Of a stretch of 64,000 nucleotides of DNA, positions 20,200 through 30,901 are shown one piece after another (positions within the stretch are counted from its first letter, which is position 1; every line of letters begins with the position of its first letter). The position numbers and the translations under genes are program-made. The notes under the pieces were generated by a model, which searched no databases, was not told the DNA's origin, and was given only the letters and a program-made list of their open reading frames with translations. Source of the stretch: a bacterium (lineage in GTDB: Bacteria > UBA8248 > JACPRG01 > G963555815); contig CBDHDG010000002.1 in assembly GCA_965261595.1 (NCBI GenBank), forward strand, positions 192,001 to 256,000, written 5' to 3'.

Positions 20200-21805
20200 G
20201 CGGCTTGGGGTATTATGAACATCATCCGCCGTCAGGCGTTCCATTCCGACTTCGACGAATTCATCCTGTGCTTCGAGACTTGGCGGACTAAGTTTCCCCA
20301 CGACCCGCCGGTGAGCACCACTGGACCGCCCCTGGGTTATTGGACACTCGGGTGAGGGTATTCGACCTCATGCGGCCTCCGCAACTTGAGCGAGTTTTTC
20401 CTGCCTTGCCTGGGCCGGCGTTCGGTAGCCGTAGCCCTCGAGAATCCAATGATGGTTGTACAGGTTCTTGAACTCAAGCAGCGCCCACCGCAGTTCCTCT
20501 ACGGTGGCGAAAGAGCGCACCCACAGGAGATTCTCCTTCAAGATGCGGATGAACCACTCACAGTAGCCATTTCCCTCGGGCGCCCGCACGAAGCTGGGCG
20601 AACTGGTCATGCCCAGGTAGGCGATCTCCCGCTGAAAGTCATCGGACAGATAGGCGGGGCCGTGGTCGTGACGAACTTTAAGCCCCTCGGCGACATCCGC
20701 CTCCAAGCCGGCGAAGCGCTCGGCGACCCCCTGCCGGATCGGCTCCAGGGCCTCGAAGCGGTTGCCGCTCTTGGCCGCATGGATCCCCACGCAGTCCACC
20801 GAGCAGTGATCCACCGCCACGAACACCGAGGCCACCCCCTCCTCGGTGGTCACCGTCGTCGTCATGTCCGTGCCCCACATTCGGTCGGGCCGCTCGGTGC
20901 GGATGGTCCCGTTGTGGGCCTTGGGACCTCGGGGTTTGCCCACCCGGTGGGGGGCCTGAAGCCCCGCCTCCCGCATCAGGCGACGCACCCGCTCCTTGCT
21001 GGTGCGGATGCCCGCGAAGCGCAGCCTCGCCCACACCTTGCGGTAGCCCTCGCCATGGAAGGGAGAGTCCTCCAGGACCTGCCGGATGTGGCCGAGGAGT
21101 TCCGCATCGGTGCACGGGCCCACAGGGCCGCGCTTATTGGGCGTGGGGCGTTCATGAACGGGGACCGCCTCTCGCCGCCGTTGCGCGTAGACCGTGGAGC
21201 GCGCCAAGCCCCAAAGGGCGCACACCCGCTTCAGGCCGTAGGCTCTGCCCGTGGAGGTGAAGCGGGCCTGACTCATCGCCTCCACCTCCTGCCGGCTAAA
21301 GGGCGGCCGGCCTCCAGGCGGTCGATCTTCTCCCGCAGGACCTCGCCCTCCATCGTGAGTTCGCCCACCTTGGCCTTGAGCCGGGCGTTCTCCTCGTCCC
21401 GCTCATCCGCCGGGCGGGCTTTGAGCGCCGCCTCGCCCCCGCGAAGGAACGCCTCGCGCCAGGCGGAAAGCCGAGCCGCTGTCGTGCCCAACTCGCGGCA
21501 GAGCGTCTCCAGGCTCTCGCCCCGCAAAAGACGCAGGACCGCCTCCCGCTTGCGCTGGCAGGAGAACCGACCCCGCTCACTGCGATGCCCTGGGGCCTTG
21601 GCTCCGTTCGCCCTGCGGGCGCCCTCCGCCAAAGCCCCCTCTTGCTTTTGTTCGTTCATCGCGACACCCCTTTCTCCATGAATCATGGATCAATCGAGTG
21701 TCCAACAAAACCCTAGAGCGGGGGACCACCATCGAGGATTCGACCGTTCCCCTGCCCGTGCCGGGGGCGACGCTCGTTCTGGACCTCTGGGCCTATCTAC
21801 CGTGA
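20200..21805 (+). pseudogene. Diverged duplicate of the 3' end of the RidA gene, interrupted by IS copy 2
   Basis: 20200-20321 plus 21726-21805 align to 19273-19470 with a few substitutions. Confidence 0.85.
20322..21725 (-). mobile_element. IS3-family element A, copy 2 (1404 bp), 4-bp TSD CCAC
   Basis: Near-identical to copy 1; the uninterrupted target is visible in the intact RidA gene at ~19385. Confidence 0.96.
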
Positions 21806-22053
21806 CGCTAGGCCGAAAATCTTTGCGCAAGACTTGACCTCACGATCTTTCCCGCAAGCCAAAAGTTAAGAATTAAGTATGGTGTCCCCAGAATCCCCCC
21901 CGGTCGACCCGCGTGTTGCTCATTCGGAAAAGGTGACATTGGAAGAGGCCCCACCCTAATGAGGAAGCGGCATCCGGAGAATTAACCTTGACTGATACAG
22001 ATCCCATGTCCGTAATCGGGGGGAATTAAGTATGGTGTCCCTGAATCCCTGCC

Positions 22054-22255
22054 AGGACGAAAGGCTTGATGATGGGCTTCAAGCTGCTCGATATGGCGCA
22101 GCAGAGATGGCGGCGAATCAACGCACTCAAACTCCTGCCCCTCGTCCGGGCGGGAGTGAAGTTCGTCGACGAGGTTCAGGCGGAGCGCATCAATCAAGAA
22201 GAGCGGAAAGACGCCGCCTGATCATGCGCCCATCCACAATATTTGACAATATCAC
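22054..22255 (+). mobile_element. IS256-family transposase C-terminal remnant with right end
   Basis: RTKGLMMGFKLLDMAQQRWRRINALKLLPLVRAGVKFVD...AA* followed by an ATCCACAATATTTGACAATATC end sequence. Confidence 0.7.
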
Positions 22256-22284
22256 AATTCATCTTTGGAGAAGCGCCTGCAACC

Positions 22285-23554
22285 TGGACTTACCCCGGTT
22301 TCATGGAGAGTTAAGCACTTGGGTTTTCAGGGTGTGCGTTGTTGTCTCCTTTCGTAGTTAACGGGTGACAGGTTGTCGATGGAGGAGTGCCGACGATGCG
22401 GGTTGTAGAAGCCCTCGATGAACCCGAACACCTCCATGCGCGCCTCGGCCCGGGTGCGGAAACTGTGGCGAGCGAGGAGCTCGCACTCCAGCGTGGCGAA
22501 AAAGCTCTCACACAGCGCGTTGTCGTAGCAGTCCCCGACCGAACCCATGGAGGGACGCACGCCCGCCTGCCGGCAGCGCTGCCCAAAGGCGACCGAGGTG
22601 TACTGCGTGCTGCCCTGGTCGGAGTGGTGGATGACGGCCCGGGGACGGCGCTTATACAGCGCCATGTCGAGCGCGTCGAGCACCAACTCGGCCCGCAGGT
22701 GTGTGGCCATCGACCACCCCACGATGCGCCGGCTGAACGCATCGAGCGCCACGGCCAGATACAAAAACCCCGCCCATGTCGGAACGTAGGTGATGTCGGC
22801 CACCCACAGCCGGTCGGGGGCCTCGGCCGTGAAGTTGCGGTCCACCAGATCAGGGGCCGGCCGCGCCTCCTGCCGGCGCTGCGTCGTGCGCGCTCCCTTG
22901 CGCCGACTGACGCCCGCAAGTCCCGCCCCACGCATCAGCCTGGCGACGCGCTTGCGGCCCACACGCACTCCCTCAGCCTCCAACTCGGCATGGACGCGCG
23001 GCACGCCGTAAGTCCCCCGAGAACGCTCGTGGATCGCCTGAATGCGTTTGGTGAGCGCCCGATCGGCACACGAGCGGGCACACGGAATAAATCGCGCGCC
23101 TGCGCCACGCGTAGTAGCCGCTGGAGGAGACGCCCAGCACCCGGCACATGGTGGCGGTCCGATACATGGCCTGGTTCGCCCTCACGAACCCGTAGATCCG
23201 GACGGGATCGAATCGGTATCCCGAGCAAACCAGGCCGCGGCTTTTGCTAAGATCTCCCGCTCCTGGCGGAGCTGTCGGTTCTCGCGGCGAAGTCGGCGCA
23301 ACTCCTCCCGCTCATCGCTCGTGAGCCCGTCTTTGCGACGCCCCTCGTCAACGTCGGCTTGATGGGCCCAGGTGCGGATCGTCTGCGCCGAGGACTCGAA
23401 CTCGTGCGCCAGCGCCTCGGGCGTGCGTCCCGCCCGGACCAACTCTACCATCTGGCAGCGGAACTCCATTGGATAGCGTGGGTGAGTCTGTGGCATCGTG
23501 AACACCTCCTTTACCCCCAAATCATCAGGTGTCCACCAAACCGGGTCAACTCCA
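22285..23554 (-). mobile_element. IS3-family element B (1270 bp), orfB frameshifted
   Basis: TG...CA ends with IR TGGAGTTGACCCGGTTT/TGGACTTACCCCGGTTT; orfA 23182-23496; orfB WVADITY, HSDQG, CYDNALCESFF; extra base near 23075. Confidence 0.9.
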
Positions 23555-23752
23555 CTCATCGTCAATTAAGATATCGTTGTTAAGGCTACCAACGATTTGT
23601 CCAGTTTTAGTATCGACCAAGCGCAGATGTGTTACTAGCGAGTTCTTCAGTTTCGCAATAGACCCTGTTACAAGGAGTTGAGCCCCATAGAGTTTTCCGA
23701 TCTCGATAGATTTAGTTGGATCAATCACATCACGCAGGTTCATCCGTTGCTC

Positions 23753-25019
23753 TCCCCCGCTCTAGGGTTTTGTTGGACACTCGATTGATCCATGATTCAT
23801 GGAGAAAGGGGTGTCGCGATGAACGAACAAAAGCAAGAGGGGGCTTTGGCGGAGGGCGCCCGCAGGGCGAACGGAGCCAAGGCCCCAGGGCATCGCAGTG
23901 AGCGGGGTCGGTTCTCCTGCCAGCGCAAGCGGGAGGCGGTCCTGCGTCTTTTGCGGGGCGAGAGCCTGGAGACGCTCTGCCGCGAGTTGGGCACGACAGC
24001 GGCTCGGCTTTCCGCCTGGCGCGAGGCGTTCCTTCGCGGGGGCGAGGCGGCGCTCAAAGCCCGCCCGGCGGATGAGCGGGACGAGGAGAACGCCCGGCTC
24101 AAGGCCAAGGTGGGCGAACTCACGATGGAGGGCGAGGTCCTGCGGGAGAAGATCGACCGCCTGGAGGCCGGCCGCCCTTTAGCCGGCAGGAGGTGGAGGC
24201 GATGAGTCAGGCCCGCTTCACCTCCACGGGCAGAGCCTACGGCCTGAAGCGGGTGTGCGCCCTTTGGGGCTTGGCGCGCTCCACGGTCTACGCGCAACGG
24301 CGGCGAGAGGCGGTCCCCGTTCATGAACGCCCCACGCCCAATAAGCGCGGCCCTGTGGGCCCGTGCACCGATGCGGAACTCCTCGGCCACATCCGGCAGG
24401 TCCTGGAGGACTCTCCCTTCCATGGCGAGGGCTACCGCAAGGTGTGGGCGAGGCTGCGCTTCGCGGGCATCCGCACCAGCAAGGAGCGGGTGCGTCGCCT
24501 GATGCGGGAGGCGGGGCTTCAGGCCCCCCACCGGGTGGGCAAACCCCGAGGTCCCAAGGCCCACAACGGGACCATCCGCACCGAGCGGCCCGACCGAATG
24601 TGGGGCACGGACATGACGACGACGGTGACCACCGAGGAGGGGATGGCCTCGGTGTTCGTGGCGGTGGATCACTGCTCGGTGGACTGCGTGGGGATCCATG
24701 CGGCCAAGAGCGGCAACCGCTTCGAGGCCCTGGAGCCGATCCGGCAGGGGGTCGCCGAGCGCTTCGCCGGCTTGGAGGCGGATGTCGCCGAGGGGCTTAA
24801 AGTTCGTCACGACCACGGCCCCGCCTATCTGTCCGATGACTTTCAGCGGGAGATCGCCTACCTGGGCATGACCAGTTCGCCCAGCTTCGTGCGGGCGCCC
24901 GAGGGAAATGGCTACTGTGAGTGGTTTATCCGCATCTTGAAGGAGAATCTCCTGTGGGTGCGCTCTTTCGCCACCGTAGAGGAACTGCGGTGGGCGCTGC
25001 TTGAGTTCAAGAACCTGTA
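23753..25019 (+). mobile_element. IS3-family element A, copy 3 (right end missing)
   Basis: Matches copy 1 up to ...GAACCTGTA, then runs directly into the left end of copy 4. Confidence 0.93.
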
Positions 25020-26423
25020 TCCCCCGCTCTAGGGTTTTGTTGGACACTCGATTGATCCATGATTCATGGAGAAAGGGGTGTCGCGATGAACGAACAAAAG
25101 CAAGAGGGGGCTTTGGCGGAGGGCGCCCGTAGGGCGAACGGAGCCAAGGCCCCAGGGCATCGCAGTGAGCGGGGTCGGTTCTCCTGCCAGCGCAAGCGGG
25201 AGGCGGTCCTGCGTCTTTTGCGGGGCGAGAGCCTGGAGACGCTCTGCCGCGAGTTGGGCACGACAGCGGCTCGGCTTTCCGCCTGGCGCGAGGCGTTCCT
25301 TCGCGGGGGCGAGGCGGCGCTCAAAGCCCGCCCGGCGGATGAGCGGGACGAGGAGAACGCCCGGCTCAAGGCCAAGGTGGGCGAACTCACGATGGAGGGC
25401 GAGGTCCTGCGGGAGAAGATCGACCGCCTGGAGGCCGGCCGCCCTTTAGCCGGCAGGAGGTGGAGGCGATGAGTCAGGCCCGCTTCACCTCCACGGGCAG
25501 AGCCTACGGCCTGAAGCGGGTGTGCGCCCTTTGGGGCTTGGCGCGCTCCACGGTCTACGCGCAACGGCGGCGAGAGGCGGTCCCCGTTCATGAACGCCCC
25601 ACGCCCAATAAGCGCGGCCCTGTGGGCCCGTGCACCGATGCGGAACTCCTCGGTCACATCCGGCAGGTCCTGGAGGACTCTCCCTTCCATGGCGAGGGCT
25701 ACCGCAAGGTGTGGGCGAGGCTGCGCTTCGCGGGCATCCGCACCAGCAAGGAGCGGGTGCGTCGCCTGATGCGGGAGGCGGGGCTTCAGGCCCCCCACCG
25801 GGTGGGCAAACCCCGAGGTCCCAAGGCCCACAACGGGACCATCCGCACCGAGCGGCCCGACCGAATGTGGGGCACGGACATGACGACGACGGTGACCACC
25901 GAGGAGGGGATGGCCTCGGTGTTCGTGGCGGTGGATCACTGTTCGGTGGACTGCGTGGGGATCCATGCGGCCAAGAGCGGCAACCGCTTCGAGGCCCTGG
26001 AGCCGATCCGGCAGGGGGTCGCCGAGCGCTTCGCCGGCTTGGAGGCGGACGTCGCCGAGGGGCTTAAAGTTCGTCACGACCACGGCCCCGCCTATCTGTC
26101 CGATGACTTTCAGCGGGAGATCGCCTACCTGGGCATGACCAGTTCGCCCAGCTTCGTGCGGGCGCCCGAGGGAAATGGCTACTGTGAGTGGTTCATCCGC
26201 ATCTTGAAGGAGAATCTCCTGTGGGTGCGCTCTTTCGCCACCGTAGAGGAACTGCGGTGGGCGCTGCTTGAGTTCAAGAACCTGTACAACCATCATTGGA
26301 TTCTCGAGGGCTACGGCTACCGAACGCCGGCCCAGGCAAGGCAGGAAAAACTCGCTCAAGTTGCGGAGGCCGCATGAGGTCGAATACCCTCACCCGAGTG
26401 TCCAATAACCCAGGGGCGGTCCA
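25020..26423 (+). mobile_element. IS3-family element A, copy 4 (1404 bp)
   Basis: Full copy; the copy 3+4 unit is flanked by TSD GCTC (23749-23752 and 26424-26427). Confidence 0.95.
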
Positions 26424-26645
26424 GCTCAGCCAAAAATTTTTCTTCTTTCAGCAGCCGCCATCACCCTAATGGTCTTTTCTTTAGATAGCGCGTCGATGAG
26501 AATCTCAGAGATGTACCGAGTGAAATTAGTTTCTCTCTGATCAATATTCTGTATAGAGAGAACTAGGACCCGTTTCCCAGTCAGCAACCCTTTCATCGCC
26601 TGTACAAAGCGTGGTCCTAGGTCCCGGATGGAAATTGGGTGGATG

Positions 26646-27915
26646 TGACCTGCCCCCTGAAACCGGTCCGGTTTGAGAGTTAGGATTTTCGCACGGCTTT
26701 CGGGACTGGATTGGCCTAGAAAGGGGGCAGTGATGAGTCGGAAGCGATTCACCGCGGAGCAGATCATCCACAAGCTTCGTCAGGCCGAGGTGGAGTTGGC
26801 CAATGGGCAGAGGATGGCTCAGGTCTGCAAGACGCTGGGGATCTCCGAGCAGACCTATTACCGGTGGCGGCGGGAGTACGGAGGCCTGCGCCTGGACCAG
26901 GCGAAACGACTGAAGACACTGGAGCAGGAAAACGCCCGGCTAAAGAAGCTGGTGGCCGAGCAGGCCCTGGATAACGCCATCTTGAAGGAGGCCTCCCAGG
27001 GAAACTTCTGAGCCCGCCTGCGCGGCGGCGGGCGATGGAGCATGTGCGGGAGAAGCTGAGCGTGTCCGAACGTCGCGCCTGCCGGGTGCTGGGTCAGGCC
27101 CGCTCGACTCAGCGGCGCTCTGCCCAGGTCCCTGACGATGAGGCCCGTTTGGTGGCGCGGGTGACAGAGCTGGCGAGCGAGTACGGACGGTACGGCTACC
27201 GGAGGATAACGGCTCTGTTGGAAAGAGAAGGCTGGCGAGTGAATCACAAGGGGGTGGAGCGGATCTGGCGCCAGGAAGGCCTGAAGGCGCCGAAGAGACA
27301 GCCCAAGCGAGGGCGTTTATGGCTGAACGACGGCTCTTGTGTTCGCAAGCGTCCGTCTTATCGGAATCATGTGTGGTCCTACGACTTCCTGGCCGCGAGG
27401 ACGCACGATGGGCGGCCTTTACGGATGCTGGCTGTGATGGATGAGTTGACCCGGGAGTGCTTGGCCCTTGATGTAGAGAGAAGACTCAACTCCGAGGACG
27501 TCCTGGACCGCCTCACCGAGTTGTTCGTCCGGCGTGGCCTGCCGGCTTATATCCGCTCGGACAACGGGGCGGAGTTCACGGCGAATGCGGTGAGAGGGTG
27601 GCTCACCCGTCTTGGGGTGAGAACGCTTTACATCGAGCGGGGCAGTCCCTGGGAGAACGGCTATGTGGAGTCCTTCATCGGCAAGCTGCGCGATGAGCTG
27701 CTCAACGGGGAGATCTTCTACACCCTGACAGAGGCCAAGGTGTTGGTGGAGAGATGGCGACAACTCTACAACTGGGTAAGGCCCCATAGTGCCTTGGGCT
27801 ACCGGCCCCCGGCGCCGGAGGCCATCGAACCAATGCCTCCGGGCATCCCTACACTTTCGGACATCGGGGAGCAGAGACTAACTCAAAAAGTGGTGCAACT
27901 TTAGGGGGCGGGTCA
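26646..27915 (+). mobile_element. IS3-family element C (IS407-like, 1270 bp), 4-bp TSD GATG
   Basis: IR TGACCTGCCCCCT/TGACCCGCCCCCT; orfA 26733-27011; slippery GGGAAAC at 26999-27005; orfB WSYDF, RSDNG, PWENGYVESF. Confidence 0.95.
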
Positions 27916-28160
27916 GATGCGCATAGAAGGTCGCTTCTCGCTTAAAGACACCATGTCCAAGGGGAGAAGGACAGGATTGGAGACGGTCTGCGCACTTGAT
28001 CTTAGGATCCAGACACTCACGAGGCTCTCCGTCTTTGGGTCGACTTTCGGTAGGATAATCCTATACCAACCCGTCTTCTCTTTGAACGCCAGGAAGCGAG
28101 CTCTTTTTTTCAATACTGTCCTTAAGCCGGAATTTAGATTGGGGTTTGTAAAGGCAGGTG

Positions 28161-29564
28161 TCCCCCGCTCTAGGGTTTTGTTGGACACTCGATTGATCCA
28201 TGATTCATGGAGAAAGGGGTGTCGCGATGAACGAACAAAAGCAAGAGGGGGCTTTGGCGGAGGGCGCCCGCAGGGCGAACGGAGCCAAGGCCCCAGGGCA
28301 TCGCAGTGAGCGGGGTCGGTTCTCCTGCCAGCGCAAGCGGGAGGCGGTCCTGCGTCTTTTGCGGGGCGAGAGCCTGGAGACGCTCTGCCGCGAGTTGGGC
28401 ACGACAGCGGCTCGGCTTTCCGCCTGGCGCGAGGCGTTCCTTCGCGGGGGCGAGGCGGCGCTCAAAGCCCGCCCGGCGGATGAGCGGGCCGAGGAGAACG
28501 CCCGGCTCAAGGCCAAGGTGGGCGAACTCACGATGGAGGGCGAGGTCCTGCGGGAGAAGATCGACCGCCTGGAGGCCGGCCGCCCTTTAGCCGGCAGGAG
28601 GTGGAGGCGATGAGTCAGGCCCGCTTCACCTCCACGGGCAGAGCCTACGGCCTGAAGCGGGTGTGCGCCCTTTGGGGCTTGGCGCGCTCCACGGTCTACG
28701 CGCAACGGCGGCGAGAGGCGGTCCCCGTTCATGAACGCCCCACGCCCAATAAGCGCGGCCCTGTGGGCCCGTGCACCGATGCGGAACTCCTCGGCCACAT
28801 CCGGCAGGTCCTGGAGGACTCTCCCTTCCATGGCGAGGGCTACCGCAAGGTGTGGGCGAGGCTGCGCTTCGCGGGCATCCGCACCAGCAAGGAGCGGGTG
28901 CGTCGCCTGATGCGGGAGGCGGGGCTTCAGGCCCCCCACCGGGTGGGCAAACCCCGAGGTCCCAAGGCCCACAACGGGACCATCCGCACCGAGCGGCCCG
29001 ACCGAATGTGGGGCACGGACATGACGACGACGGTGACCACCGAGGAGGGGATGGCCTCGGTGTTCGTGGCGGTGGATCACTGCTCGGTGGACTGCGTGGG
29101 GATCCATGCGGCCAAGAGCGGCAACCGCTTCGAGGCCCTGGAGCCGATCCGGCAGGGGGTCGCCGAGCGCTTCGCCGGCTTGGAGGCGGATGTCGCCGAG
29201 GGGCTTAAAGTTCGTCACGACCACGGCCCCGCCTATCTGTCCGATGACTTTCAGCGGGAGATCGCCTACCTGGGCATGACCAGTTCGCCCAGCTTCGTGC
29301 GGGCGCCCGAGGGAAATGGCTACTGTGAGTGGTTCATCCGCATCTTGAAGGAGAATCTCCTGTGGGTGCGCTCTTTCGCCACCGTAGAGGAACTGCGGTG
29401 GGCGCTGCTTGAGTTCAAGAACCTGTACAACCATCATTGGATTCTCGAGGGCTACGGCTACCGAACGCCGGCCCAGGCAAGGCAGGAAAAACTCGCTCAA
29501 GTTGCGGAGGCCGCATGAGGTCGAATACCCTCACCCGAGTGTCCAATAACCCAGGGGCGGTCCA
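28161..29564 (+). mobile_element. IS3-family element A, copy 5 (1404 bp), 3-bp TSD GTG
   Basis: Near-identical copy; excision with one TSD restores the host reading frame (..VRTNT|PAFTNP..). Confidence 0.96.
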
Positions 29565-30343
29565 GTGTGTTTGTTCTGACGAAGATCCGCTCGGGGACTG
29601 TTTGGCAATCATAAACTGCAACCAGCTTATTCTCCGTCCAAGTTGAGGTGCCCCGGGTCACAGTTTTTTTGCTCGTGTCAACGAGATATATCCCATCTTC
29701 CTGAAGGTATTTCTCGATGCGGCCCGGCACCGCTGGTCGGCTTTCCCCTAATTCGTAACCCGATTCCAATTTCGCCTTACGATTTACTATCACTAAGGTC
29801 TGAAAACCTGACTTGGCAGGAAAAAACAGCAAGACCTGGGCAAAGGTAACCATAGAATTCTGGAACCTCACATCGCTAACGATCCGCACGTTGCTCTTTT
29901 TGAACTGATGGCGAAGAGAGTCTTGGATGGAATTAGACAACAGGAGTCCTCCCTTCACTCTCATAGTACTTTTTACAGAGACTCCAGATTTTCTTTCTGC
30001 AATGCTCTTGATCAGCTTTATGAGGAGACCGAGTTGGGTTTCTCGAATGATCTCGGCAGACGGAGCATAAGCAAACGACCTAGCGAACTTGCAGGGGAAG
30101 TCACTTGCGGCAAGCGCGGGAGATGCCAAAACAGAGGCAGTCGAAGAGAACGTTACGGTCAATGCAACCCAGAGCCAGCGGCACATCGTTTTCGCCTTCT
30201 TTTGTGGCCTGTAGCGAAAAGCGGAAATTTCCCATTTCACCTCTTGATGGAGGCATGGTCTGCTCGCATAGCCGTGTGAAGCGATTTCAACTCATTTCAT
30301 CTGCGCTGTCAACAATTGGGCGGGAATCGGGGGGACACCATAC

Positions 30344-30669
30344 TTATTTCTGCTTATCCCCCCTTTTTCGCCCTGGCTTCTGCCGTTGCAGGATACGACC
30401 CAATGCCTCTTCAAGGTTTCCGACAAAACCGTCATTTCCCAAGGGTCTGCCTGTCCTCAAGCCTTCCTCGGATTGCGGAACCAGAATCAGATGCACGTGG
30501 TTAGGCATCAGGCAGTAGGCCCAGGCCTGCACTCTCCAGCGGGGCGCCACGCAGACATTAGGCGGATGGAGTCCTCATAATCCTCTTCACAGAAAAAGGT
30601 CTCCTGCCCGCGATTGCCCCGCTGAGTGACGGGTAAGCCTGGCGCCACAACCCGTGCGATTCTTGGCAT
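30344..30669 (-). pseudogene. RAYT / IS200-like Y1 HUH transposase remnant (internally deleted, frameshifted)
   Basis: MPRIARVVAPGLP-VTQRGNRGQETFF...WAYCLMPNHVHLILVP...TGRPLGNDGFV...GR; HUH motif present, middle of the protein missing. Confidence 0.85.
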
Positions 30670-30901
30670 GTGGCGACACGATGGCGGCGCAAGCGAAAGT
30701 CAAGAATTAAGTATGGTGTCCCTGGAATCCTGTTTACACACCAGCGCGGCATGGTTTTCCCATGGCGGACTCCGGTGAAATCGGGGTTTCAGGAGCCCGA
30801 AATGGAGTTGACGGGTCCGGTAGAGAGGGGTCTAATCGGGCTAAACAGCAACGAGGGGTAGGCACGGGTCTGTCCGGATTTGAAATGGGAAGTTCCTGTA
30901 T

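Larger units (their letters stand above)
23555..30240 (-). pseudogene. Low-GC secreted protein gene (SH3-like plus FlgO/CsgG-like domain) split by IS elements
   Basis: Pieces 30240-29565, 28157-27916, 26641-26424 and 23748-23555 join in frame after IS/TSD removal, except for one extra base in the A5T5 run at ~26432-26441. Confidence 0.75.
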
